A DNA stretch of 51,293 nt from Calditrichaceae bacterium (GTDB lineage Bacteria; Calditrichota; Calditrichia; Calditrichales; JBFXGD01). The translations under genes and the position numbers were made by a program. Where the stretch lies: the NCBI GenBank assembly GCA_050178385.1, contig JBFXGD010000005.1, positions 1 through 51,293 of the forward strand, given 5' to 3'. Shown here in pieces: positions 40,004 through 48,883 of the stretch. The notes beneath the pieces were generated by a model, which saw nothing but the letters and a program-made list of their open reading frames with translations, made no database searches and had not been told where the DNA came from. Position 1 is the first letter of the stretch. Each line of letters starts with the position of its first letter.

Positions 40004-41182
40004 ATGTATAAAATTTTGAAATTTGGCCGAAATCTAATAAGTGCCATCCAAACACCAAATACGCATGAGCATGGTATTGATCTGCATTTAGATGAAACCT
40101 ATGGCTGGTTGTGCCGCGCGCAGGACGCTGCGAAAAATGGAGGTGTTTCATCCGCTTTTCATTTATACCATGGGTGGTTGAGCCCTTATCCGGAAACAAC
40201 TGGATATATTATAGAAACTCTTCTTGATTATCATCAGATCCGGAAAGAAGAGGGTATTGCCGTCCGCGCGCGCAAGATGGCGGATTGGCTTCTGGAAATT
40301 CAATTTGACGACGGTGCATTCCCCGAAATGTTCCTGAAGAAAAAAATGGTGTTTGATACCGGCCAAATAATTTTTGGAATGATTAAGATTTATGAATTTA
40401 CAAATGATAAAAAGTACCTGGATTCTGCAGTTAAGGCCGCGGACTGGCTGATAAAAACTCAGGACAGCGATGGCGCCTGGAGAAATGGCGCTTACAATGA
40501 GATACCCCATACCTATTATTCACGTGTGGCATGGAGTTTACTGAAGGTTCATCAACACGTTTCGGATAATAAATATCCGGAAGCAAATAGAAAAAACGTT
40601 GAATGGGCATTGTCAAATCAGCAAGATAACGGATGGTTTAAAAATGCTGCTTTTACACTTAAAGATGGCGTGACACCATTTACACACACCATAGCATACA
40701 CTCTTCGGGGAATATTGGAATCAGGTATTTATTTAAATGAGAAAAAGTATATCACTTCTGTTATCAAAGCTGTTGATGCAATTAGCGGGGGAATTCCCGA
40801 TTCCGGATTTATAAGCGGGATTTTTGATAAGAACTGGAATGGCAAGCCCGGATTTAGCTGCCTGACGGGAAGCGCTCAGCTTGCAATTATTCTCTTTCGA
40901 TTGGCAGGGGAATTATCCAATGAAAAATATTTCATTAAGGGTAGTAAGATCAATAAATATCTTATGTCGAAGCACACTATTTTTGAAAAAAATTTAAATA
41001 TCAGGGGTGGTATCGCCGGCTCTTATCCAGTATGGGGTAACTACATTCATTTTGCTTATCCAAATTGGGCCGCGAAATTCTTTATGGATTCTCTGATGAA
41101 TGAAAGACTGCTTTCTCAAACAGAACTATTTACAGGATCGGCAATCAGGCAGGATCAAAATGTGACGGGAATACAGGAATGA
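40004..41182 (+). CDS. Alpha/alpha-toroid protein (prenyltransferase/squalene-oxidase-repeat or six-hairpin-like), function unknown
   Basis: Repeated A.DWL..Q..DG.W/F motifs; YPETTGY, FDTGQ, HTIAY, CLTGSAQ, YPNWAAKFF. Start ATG 40004 or GTG 39992. Confidence 0.65.
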   Translation: MYKILKFGRNLISAIQTPNTHEHGIDLHLDETYGWLCRAQDAAKNGGVSSAFHLYHGWLSPYPETTGYIIETLLDYHQIRKEEGIAVRARKMADWLLEIQFDDGAFPEMFLKKKMVFDTGQIIFGMIKIYEFTNDKKYLDSAVKAADWLIKTQDSDGAWRNGAYNEIPHTYYSRVAWSLLKVHQHVSDNKYPEANRKNVEWALSNQQDNGWFKNAAFTLKDGVTPFTHTIAYTLRGILESGIYLNEKKYITSVIKAVDAISGGIPDSGFISGIFDKNWNGKPGFSCLTGSAQLAIILFRLAGELSNEKYFIKGSKINKYLMSKHTIFEKNLNIRGGIAGSYPVWGNYIHFAYPNWAAKFFMDSLMNERLLSQTELFTGSAIRQDQNVTGIQE

Positions 41183-42480
41183 AGCATTTATTACTTATCA
41201 GCTATCCCTTTCCTCCAAATGCAAGCGCGGGCGCCGTTCGCTCTGAGCGATTTGCAAGATATCTAAGCGCGGACGGATGGTTGGTAAATGTTGTTACTAT
41301 AAAACCAAGATCTGACAACTATACGGATGATGATCGTTTTGATGAATTAAAGAAGCGTTTTGCCATTCATCAGACTGAGACATTGGATCCCTGGGTTAGA
41401 GTCCGAGGCTGGAATCCGGATTCTTTTGTATTGAAAAAACTAAGAAGCCTGCTCATGTACATGTCCTCGTTCCCGGATCATATGTTTTTCTGGATTCCCT
41501 TTGTGGTTCGGGAAGGTATGAGAATAAACAAGAAAAATAATATAGATGTTATTTATACGACTTCACCACCGCATTCTTCGCATCTTGCCGGATTGATTTT
41601 GTCGAAAATTCTCAAGAAGAAATGGGTCATTGATTTTCGTGATCCATGGACACTAAATGCGGACAGAAAAAATATAACCGGTTTAAAATTATATTTATTG
41701 AAAATTGAAAGTTATCTGGAACGGAAAGTATTAAAAAATGCTTCATTAATAATTTCAAACACAAAATCAAACATGGTGAATCTGCAGAAAGCTTATCCTT
41801 CAATAACTGCCGATAAAACCGTTTTGCTGACAAACGGGTGGGAGAAGTACCCTGAGAATGAAAAAAGTTGTGAAGGCGGTTCAGCTTTTAGGATTGTACA
41901 TGCAGGAACCTTTTACCCTCGCTTTCAGCCTTATGCATTACTAAACGCCATTTCAGAATGGCTTCATCTGAATAAAAAAGACGAACCTGGCAATTCAGAA
42001 AATCTTAAAATTATTCTTCTTGGGGCAAATGACCCCGATACATTGTCTAAAATAGGAGAATTAGGACTCCGCGAAGTAGTCGAAATATTGCCATGGACCA
42101 GTCAGGATGAAGCGCGAAAAGTGATGCAGAACGCAGATTTGCTTTGGGCGACTCTTGGAACTGGAAGAGAAGCCTCCACTTTTATCCCGTCAAAAATTTT
42201 TGAATACATGGCCGCTGAAAAACCCATCATCGGTTTTTTCCCGGAAGGTGAGGCCTGCAGTTTGATAAGGGAGACAGGAACCGGAATGGTATTTACAACT
42301 GATGAAACCCGGCCTGTCATTGAATTTATCTCCCAGATGAAATTAGCTAAAGAGTCAGGAGTAAAGGCGAATTTACTGCCAGAGAGAAATGGGGGAAAAA
42401 TCGACGATTATCAGATAAAAAATATTGCCGGAAAATTCTCTGATTTTCTTCATGAGTTGACAAAATCAACAAATTATTAG
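41179..42480 (+). CDS. Glycosyltransferase family 4-like
   Basis: SYPFPP, TSPPHS, DFRDPW, PSKIFEYM. Confidence 0.87.
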   Translation: MKHLLLISYPFPPNASAGAVRSERFARYLSADGWLVNVVTIKPRSDNYTDDDRFDELKKRFAIHQTETLDPWVRVRGWNPDSFVLKKLRSLLMYMSSFPDHMFFWIPFVVREGMRINKKNNIDVIYTTSPPHSSHLAGLILSKILKKKWVIDFRDPWTLNADRKNITGLKLYLLKIESYLERKVLKNASLIISNTKSNMVNLQKAYPSITADKTVLLTNGWEKYPENEKSCEGGSAFRIVHAGTFYPRFQPYALLNAISEWLHLNKKDEPGNSENLKIILLGANDPDTLSKIGELGLREVVEILPWTSQDEARKVMQNADLLWATLGTGREASTFIPSKIFEYMAAEKPIIGFFPEGEACSLIRETGTGMVFTTDETRPVIEFISQMKLAKESGVKANLLPERNGGKIDDYQIKNIAGKFSDFLHELTKSTNY

Positions 42481-42665
42481 GCAAAGATAATTATGATTGG
42501 CTTTGCAAAATATGAATCTTTTGTATGGCACACATTTTTATTTTCCATTGATGTGATAAAATATTGCCCATAAATTGAAATAATTTATACCAGAGATTTT
42601 CTCAAACAAATAAAATAGCAAATGAACATATATCATAAAGGTGATTGATTACATTCTGGTCTCTT

Positions 42666-42680
42666 TGGTATGATAATTGT
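42666..42680 (+). promoter_or_regulatory. sigma54-like -24/-12 element (imperfect)
   Basis: TGGTAT-GATAA-TTGT: GG-N10-GT versus consensus TGGCAC-N5-TTGC; ends 48 bp before ATG 42729; very similar to the site at 47643. Confidence 0.4.
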
Positions 42681-42728
42681 AAATTAACTTGCTTAATGAT
42701 GACAAGAAATGAATCAATGGAGAAAAAC

Positions 42729-43874
42729 ATGAAACATATTTATTATATCCTGATCTTATCATTTTTATCCGTTTTCTCGCAACCTTCTGTACAGGGAGTC
42801 AGCGGCTCCACTTCACATGCCAGTATTTTGACGATACAGGGAGCCGGCTTTGGGGTTAAATCCACCGCCTCACCCGTAAAATATGATGATTTTGAACTTG
42901 GGGCAGCCGGGAAATCTCTTGCGGACGGCGATTGGCTGATCAGCACAAATAAAGGATTTGATCCGGTATACAGCGATAAAATAACCCGTCCGAATTCAGC
43001 CTTTTCTGCTCAAAGCCACACTCAGGACCCGCCGACAGGGGATAATTATCAGTACAGGTGCGCGTTTGGTATCGGGAATCCTGACGGTATAAGGGAGATT
43101 TATATCAATTTTTGGTGGTACTACGATGGCCCGCCCAATTCACCCGGTTGTGTAAAATTTGTGAGACTATATCCAAATCCTACATCACCTTACAGCGGTC
43201 CCCCAAATACCTACATTGATTTTGATTGTGATCCTTACAGCGGACTTCTTAATTCCGATGATATTACATCTGTGGATGGGCACAACAGCAAATGGATAGG
43301 TGATGCCTGGGATTGGACAAGAGCGCGGGGGAATTGGCAACATGTGCAGTTTTATTTTAAGGCATCCGATATCGGCCAGGAGAACGGGACAGCTAAGATG
43401 TGGGTAGGAAACGGAGACGCGCCTATTAGTCAGGTGTTGAATGAAGAAAATAATCTGCTTACGCGTACACCCGCAAATCCCGCTCTATGGCATAGTTTCT
43501 GGATTGGCAATTATCTATCCATCTTGGGCAGTGAAGGCTGTAACGGGCACAATTGTGAAGAACCCAATGAAGTTGTATCCATTTTTTATGACAATGTTTA
43601 TATAGATTATACACAGGCGCGGGTTGAGCTCGGTGACAATCCGGCTTATTTGAATTGTAAGCACACAGAAATTCAAACACCGACCGACTGGACAGATAAT
43701 TCTGTTGCCGTGAGACTAAATACAGGCTCTTTTTCTGCAGGTGAAACGGTTTATTTGTATGTCATTGACTCCGGAGGTTTGGTCAATTTGGATGGATTTC
43801 CTATCGTTCTGAATACATCATCCACAACAAAACCGGAGCCTCCGAAGGGTTTGGAGATATTGAAAGAAAATTAA
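42729..43874 (+). CDS. Secreted protein: split IPT/TIG-like Ig domain with inserted jelly-roll (polysaccharide lyase/LamG-like) domain and PxxPxGLxI tail
   Basis: Start ATG 42729 (RBS GGAG), signal peptide MKHIYYILILSFLSVFS-Q; ILTIQGAGFG...WTDNSVAVRL (IPT-like); EIYINFWWY, GNWQHVQFYFK, GTAKMWV, FYDNVYID (jelly-roll-like); ends PEPPKGLEILKEN. Confidence 0.6.
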   Translation: MKHIYYILILSFLSVFSQPSVQGVSGSTSHASILTIQGAGFGVKSTASPVKYDDFELGAAGKSLADGDWLISTNKGFDPVYSDKITRPNSAFSAQSHTQDPPTGDNYQYRCAFGIGNPDGIREIYINFWWYYDGPPNSPGCVKFVRLYPNPTSPYSGPPNTYIDFDCDPYSGLLNSDDITSVDGHNSKWIGDAWDWTRARGNWQHVQFYFKASDIGQENGTAKMWVGNGDAPISQVLNEENNLLTRTPANPALWHSFWIGNYLSILGSEGCNGHNCEEPNEVVSIFYDNVYIDYTQARVELGDNPAYLNCKHTEIQTPTDWTDNSVAVRLNTGSFSAGETVYLYVIDSGGLVNLDGFPIVLNTSSTTKPEPPKGLEILKEN

Positions 43875-43880
43875 CATTAA

Positions 43881-43929
43881 TTTCGGCATGTTATCATTTT
43901 GTTCCCAATGCGATTATAACATGCCGAAA
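43881..43929 (+). terminator. Long inverted repeat after the secreted-protein gene (terminator or mRNA-stabilising hairpin)
   Basis: Perfect 14-bp stem TTTCGGCATGTTAT / ATAACATGCCGAAA with a 21-nt loop. Confidence 0.55.
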
Positions 43930-44003
43930 ATTTTAATTCCCGCCTAAAATAAATTTGCGAATAAAATACCCATATAAATACTAAAATACGGATTCCTCGA
44001 CCT

Positions 44004-45128
44004 ATGACTCTATCAAAAAAGATTATGTTCATTTTCGGAACACGGCCCGAAGCAATAAAAATGGCACCGGTCATTAAAAAATTTAGCAACAAACCGGATA
44101 TAAAACCCGTCGTGGTTGTTACTGCTCAGCATCGTGAGATGCTGGATCAGGTATTAAATATATTTAATATAAAGCCTGATTATGATCTGGGCATTATGAG
44201 GGATAATCAATCCTTAGAGGACATCACCATTCTCGCGCTACGGGAGCTTTCTGATATTATCAAATTAGAAAAACCAGCAATTATCCTCGTGCAGGGCGAT
44301 ACTACTACCACGTTTGTCGGCGCGCTTTCCGCCTTATATAACAAAATACCGATCGGACATATCGAGGCAGGATTGCGCACGTTTGACAAGTTCCAACCCT
44401 ATCCTGAAGAAATAAACCGGAAATTGACCACAGTACTTGCCGATGTTCACTTCCCGCCTACAAAGCAAGCGGCGGAGAATCTGAGAAATGAAGGAGTACG
44501 GGATGATCTGATATCCATTACAGGAAATACGGTAATTGACACTTTACTGGAAGTTGTTGACAGAAAATTTAATTTTACCGATCCTCTGAAGACGATACTC
44601 AGTCAAAATAACAGCCGGGTGATCCTGGTAACCGCTCATAGAAGGGAAAGTTTCGGGGAGCCGCTGGTGAATATACTTTCAGCGCTGAAAGAAATTGCGG
44701 AAAGAGCGCCTGATGTCCAAATTCTTTTCCCAGTACATCCTAATCCGAATATCAAAAATGCAGTGTATAAACAGATTGGCGGTAATCCCAAAATCCATCT
44801 TATCGATCCCCTTGATTATGAATCATTCGTTCATTTAATGAATAAATCTTACCTCATAATTACCGATTCCGGAGGCGTACAGGAAGAGGCTCCATCACTT
44901 GGAAAGCCGGTTCTTGTTTTAAGAAATAAAACAGAACGGCCGGAAGCGGTTGAGGCAGGCACTGTCAAATTAGTAGGATCAGATTATGAAGTAATTGTTT
45001 CTGAAAGTTTGAAGTTATTGAGCGATAAAGACGCTTACAACAGCATGGCAAGAGCAATCAATCCATATGGTGACGGTAAGGCGTCTGAAAGAATTTTTAA
45101 GATCATCACAGAGCGATTTTTGCGATAA
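44004..45128 (+). CDS. wecB: UDP-N-acetylglucosamine 2-epimerase (non-hydrolysing)
   Basis: FGTRPEAIKMAP, QHREMLDQ, QGDTTT, HIEAGLR, PEEINR, TDSGGVQEEAP, NPYGDG. Confidence 0.96.
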   Translation: MTLSKKIMFIFGTRPEAIKMAPVIKKFSNKPDIKPVVVVTAQHREMLDQVLNIFNIKPDYDLGIMRDNQSLEDITILALRELSDIIKLEKPAIILVQGDTTTTFVGALSALYNKIPIGHIEAGLRTFDKFQPYPEEINRKLTTVLADVHFPPTKQAAENLRNEGVRDDLISITGNTVIDTLLEVVDRKFNFTDPLKTILSQNNSRVILVTAHRRESFGEPLVNILSALKEIAERAPDVQILFPVHPNPNIKNAVYKQIGGNPKIHLIDPLDYESFVHLMNKSYLIITDSGGVQEEAPSLGKPVLVLRNKTERPEAVEAGTVKLVGSDYEVIVSESLKLLSDKDAYNSMARAINPYGDGKASERIFKIITERFLR

Positions 45129-45144
45129 TGGATCAGGAGCAGTA

Positions 45145-46368
45145 GTGAAAAATTCATTGAGAATTTGTTATGTTTATCAGGATCAGTACCCCTGGGAAGT
45201 AAGAGTCAAGAAAATCACGGAAGCATTGGCCGAGAGAGGCGCGGAAGTTCATATCGTATCACGAAATAAAGACTGTTTGCCCGAATTGGAAGCATCCGTG
45301 CAGCGGATCACCATCCACCGACTGTCAGGCTCAGGAAACTCCATCATAAGAATTTTAAAAAATTTTCCGGCATTTTTTTCACCATTCTGGATAAAAAAAA
45401 TTGTCGATGTGGTCAGACAGAATAAAATCGATTTGATCATAATTCGTGATCTTCCCTTATCTCCGGCTGCTTATATTGCCGGAAAAATCACAGGTAAGCC
45501 TGTTATAATGGACATGGCCGAAAATTATCCCGCCCTGATTCGTTCAACATGGGATTATCGTGGACCAAGTTTTGTGGATTTATTCATAAGGAACCCGTAT
45601 TTCCTCCGTTTGATGGAGAAATTTGTTGTACCAAGATTAGACGGTGTGCTCGTTGTATCAAAACAGAGTGCTGAGAGAGTAGAAAAACTCAGTCCCGGAG
45701 ACGACCAGATATGGGTTGTTGGCAATACACCGATTTTAAATGAGGAAAACGGGCAGACAATTTATTCAGAACTTGCTGATAAAATAAGTTCGAAATCATC
45801 TTTCATTCTCCTGTATACGGGTATGATCGAAGCCCACCGGGGTATTGATGTGCCGGTCCGGGCACTGGCAAAATTATCAATCTCTATCCCCGGGATAAAG
45901 CTTGTTATTGTCGGTGAGGGTACTTATGAGTCGAAATTAAAGAATATTATTAAAGAAATGAATCTGGAAGACAGTGTTTTCTTCACGGGATGGGTTCCAA
46001 ATAAATATCTCAATTCAATTATTAAAATCTCTGATATCGGCCTGATTCCGCATTATGTCTCGGAGCATATAGATACGACACTTCCCAATAAGATTTATGA
46101 TTATATGGCTGAAGCTAAACCCGTTCTGGTGACGCAATCACGTTCTCTTTCTGCCATCATTCAGGCTGAAAAATGCGGTCTGATTTATAACGATCACTCA
46201 CCGGATGACCTGGTAGAAAAAGTGTTAAAGCTATACGATGAGGGGACCAGAAAAAGACTCGGGGAGAACGGGAAACAAGCCGTGTTAAAAAGATTGAACT
46301 GGGAAACCGATAAAAAGCATCTTTGGGAAGCCATTAATTCCGTATTAGACTCAAAAAAGTTGAGTTAA
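45145..46368 (+). CDS. Glycosyltransferase family 4
   Basis: Start probably GTG 45145 (RBS AGGAG), which avoids overlap with wecB; YTG...HRG, FTGWVP, LPNKIYDYMA. Confidence 0.87.
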   Translation: MKNSLRICYVYQDQYPWEVRVKKITEALAERGAEVHIVSRNKDCLPELEASVQRITIHRLSGSGNSIIRILKNFPAFFSPFWIKKIVDVVRQNKIDLIIIRDLPLSPAAYIAGKITGKPVIMDMAENYPALIRSTWDYRGPSFVDLFIRNPYFLRLMEKFVVPRLDGVLVVSKQSAERVEKLSPGDDQIWVVGNTPILNEENGQTIYSELADKISSKSSFILLYTGMIEAHRGIDVPVRALAKLSISIPGIKLVIVGEGTYESKLKNIIKEMNLEDSVFFTGWVPNKYLNSIIKISDIGLIPHYVSEHIDTTLPNKIYDYMAEAKPVLVTQSRSLSAIIQAEKCGLIYNDHSPDDLVEKVLKLYDEGTRKRLGENGKQAVLKRLNWETDKKHLWEAINSVLDSKKLS

Positions 46369-47547
46369 TTGAAAGATGAATATAATCTCCGGAAACTTTT
46401 ACCAGATCCAATTTTAACCAAAAGAATAAGTTTGAAGAAAAAAATTAAATTGGCCTATATCATAGATGAAATTAATATTGGTGGGACGGAAAATCAGTTG
46501 TTGACGCTTGTTAAAGGCATCAACAGGGGAGAATTTGAGCCACATATTATTTGTCTAAGATCAACTCCTGCGATTGCCAACATGGGATTTAATGTTAAAA
46601 TAAAAATTCTGGGAATGAGAAAAATTTTATCTTTAAACGGCATTCGAAAACTTATAGAATGCGCTTCATATATCAAAAAAAATAAGATAGATATTGTGCA
46701 GGTATTTTTCTTTGATTCAACCCTTGTTGGAATTCTGGCATCAAAACTGGCAGGTGTGAAGCATATACTTGCATCGCGAAGAGATTTGGGGTACTGGATA
46801 ACACCGATGTTAAAAAGAACGTTGAATTTTCTTGATAATTTTACGGGTCATTATATCGTAAATTCAATGGCGATTAGTAACTATCTTCAAAAAGAGGAAA
46901 ATATTGATCCCGCGAAGATAGTAATTATTTATAATGGACTGGCGATTAGCCAGAATTCCGAAGTGATTTCGAACACAAAAAAGACTTTTTTTAATAAAAA
47001 CACATTTTTAGTGGGCCTTGTAGCCAATTTGAACCGCCCGGTAAAAAGACCTGACGTATTTGTAGATGCAGCCATTTCGGTTTGCAGAAAAGTGGAAAAT
47101 ATTGAATTTGTGGTTATCGGCGACGGATATCTAAGAAAAGAGCTGGAAGAGGAAGTGCTAATTTCCGGATTTAAGGACAAGATTCACTTTACAGGACAAA
47201 CGGAAAACGTAGCCGGGTATCTTAAAAAAATGGATCTGGGCGCGCTAAGCTCTGATTCAGAGGGCTTTTCAAATACACTTATTGAGTATATGGCGGCCGG
47301 ACTGCCCATAGTTGCCACTGATATTGCAGCAAACCGAGAACTCCTGGATGATGGAGAGAATGGCATGTTATTTAAAACAGGGGATTCGGAAGCCCTCAAA
47401 GATAAAATCCTGGAATTGTACGCAAACCCCGGAATGAGGCAGGTATTTTCATCAAATAATCTTAAAAAGGCACTGAATTATTCTGAACGTATGATGATTG
47501 ACAAACATGAGGATGTGTATAAAAAATTAATTTTGAATCAGATTTAA
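46369..47547 (+). CDS. Glycosyltransferase family 4
   Basis: GGTENQL, VANL..VKRP, SEGFSNTLIEYMAAG. True start may be slightly downstream. Confidence 0.88.
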   Translation: MKDEYNLRKLLPDPILTKRISLKKKIKLAYIIDEINIGGTENQLLTLVKGINRGEFEPHIICLRSTPAIANMGFNVKIKILGMRKILSLNGIRKLIECASYIKKNKIDIVQVFFFDSTLVGILASKLAGVKHILASRRDLGYWITPMLKRTLNFLDNFTGHYIVNSMAISNYLQKEENIDPAKIVIIYNGLAISQNSEVISNTKKTFFNKNTFLVGLVANLNRPVKRPDVFVDAAISVCRKVENIEFVVIGDGYLRKELEEEVLISGFKDKIHFTGQTENVAGYLKKMDLGALSSDSEGFSNTLIEYMAAGLPIVATDIAANRELLDDGENGMLFKTGDSEALKDKILELYANPGMRQVFSSNNLKKALNYSERMMIDKHEDVYKKLILNQI

Positions 47548-47642
47548 ATTGTATAGATTTTTTACAACCAACCGGTTAGATTGGTATCGTAATAAAAAGT
47601 TTCAGTTGCTCCACAGGGCAGTTTGACATGCTGAATAATAAT

Positions 47643-47657
47643 TGGTACAATTATTGC
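47643..47657 (+). promoter_or_regulatory. sigma54 -24/-12 promoter
   Basis: TGGTAC-AATTA-TTGC: exact GG-N10-GC spacing, one mismatch to TGGCAC-N5-TTGC; ends 39 bp before ATG 47697. Confidence 0.55.
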
Positions 47658-47696
47658 CTTTCCATTGTCAGAAATGGAATTAACGAAAGGCATGAG

Positions 47697-48569
47697 ATGA
47701 AAAAAAATATTTTTGGTTACGCGTTTATTATTAGTTTCTTTTTTATTCTTCAAAATTATTCCTTTGGGACTGTTTTGGTTTCCGCGAATTTTGATAATCA
47801 ATCTTATTCAAGTCCGTTGGAAATTGCACACATTTTTGGAGGAAGCTGGGCATACGACGCTCTAAACAATCATGGTATCAACGGATATGCAATCAGGGGT
47901 GATCACGCGGAAGGTGATCTGATAGCAATGATTGATAATCTTGAAAGATACCTGGAAGATGGAATATATTTCAGATATTGGGTAAAATATAGTTCTGAGT
48001 ACTATTTTCCCGGCGAACTTAATCAGTTTGAAAATGTGAAGATGTTAAAATTTGCAGGCGGCGACGCGGATATCGAGTTTATCTATAAAAAATCTGCAGA
48101 CGGAGGTCCGCATAGTTTACAATTGTACTGGATCAAAGAGTCCACGAGGTCCTGTTGCGGCGGAACAGGTTCGAGTGAAACAGATTTATTTCCCGGTGAG
48201 AATACGGACTTTGCTGGGAATAAATATTTAACAAAAAATATCTGGCATAAAATTGAAATTTATATAAAAGTAAGTGATGACGGCAGCGCTGACGGTAATT
48301 CGATGGTACATGTACAAGTAGATGATTCGGATGTTTATATCAACCGGGATGCCGATTTCATGTTGCCTGCCTCGGTATACACCAGCGCACAGCAATTTGT
48401 ATCTATTCATGCGCATGATTCACCGCCAGCGGGTCATGGATATTGGTATCTTGATGACATAATAGCTGTTTATAATGAAGGCGATTTGTGTGATAACGAA
48501 CCAGACGGTCAGAGTGATGTGGAATCTCCTTCAGCTCCTACTGGTGTTAATATTATGTCCATTAACTAG
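47697..48569 (+). CDS. Secreted jelly-roll (polysaccharide lyase/LamG-like) protein with PxxPxGVxI tail
   Basis: Start ATG 47697, signal peptide MKKNIFGYAFIISFFFILQNYSFG; IYFRYWVKY, NIWHKIEIYIK, VHVQVD, WYLDDII; ends PSAPTGVNIMSIN. Confidence 0.6.
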   Translation: MKKNIFGYAFIISFFFILQNYSFGTVLVSANFDNQSYSSPLEIAHIFGGSWAYDALNNHGINGYAIRGDHAEGDLIAMIDNLERYLEDGIYFRYWVKYSSEYYFPGELNQFENVKMLKFAGGDADIEFIYKKSADGGPHSLQLYWIKESTRSCCGGTGSSETDLFPGENTDFAGNKYLTKNIWHKIEIYIKVSDDGSADGNSMVHVQVDDSDVYINRDADFMLPASVYTSAQQFVSIHAHDSPPAGHGYWYLDDIIAVYNEGDLCDNEPDGQSDVESPSAPTGVNIMSIN

Positions 48570-48584
48570 AGAGTAAACGAAAAG

Positions 48585-48630
48585 TTCCGGTCAAATTCTT
48601 ACTTTTGATATTAATTGAATTTGGCCGGAA
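48585..48630 (+). terminator. Long inverted repeat closing the EPS locus
   Basis: 14-bp stem TTCCGGTCAAATTC / GAATTTGGCCGGAA (one G-U pair) with an 18-nt loop. Confidence 0.55.
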
Positions 48631-48883
48631 TAATTTATTCCCAATAAAATCTTATCTGTTATCTCAAATCTATGCAGAGACCCGAATAATAAATATCGAT
48701 CTCTGATTTTCACAGTTTTAAAACCTTCCTTCTACAAAACTATCACAAATTTTCTTTGTGAATTTAACAAATCAATCGGTTTTGAGTGCTATTAAGCACA
48801 AATCGATTTTCATTATAGGCATATACTACGATGTCCTCAAGATAAAAACTATTTTAACCACCAGGCAATATAAGGAGGTATAG

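Larger units (their letters stand above)
10623..48569 (+). other. Wzx/Wzy-dependent exopolysaccharide/capsule biosynthesis, export and tailoring locus
   Basis: Co-oriented priming transferase, Wza, Wzc, flippase, polymerase/ligase, GT2, four GT4s, WecB and many modifying enzymes. Confidence 0.92.

Noticed and set aside
40004..41182. Squalene-hopene cyclase or terpene pathway
   Set aside because: Too short, no DXDD motif, and the context is glycan biosynthesis.
43824..43874. KPEP near the C-terminus read as a PEP-CTERM exosortase signal
   Set aside because: No following transmembrane helix or basic cluster, and no exosortase gene in the window.
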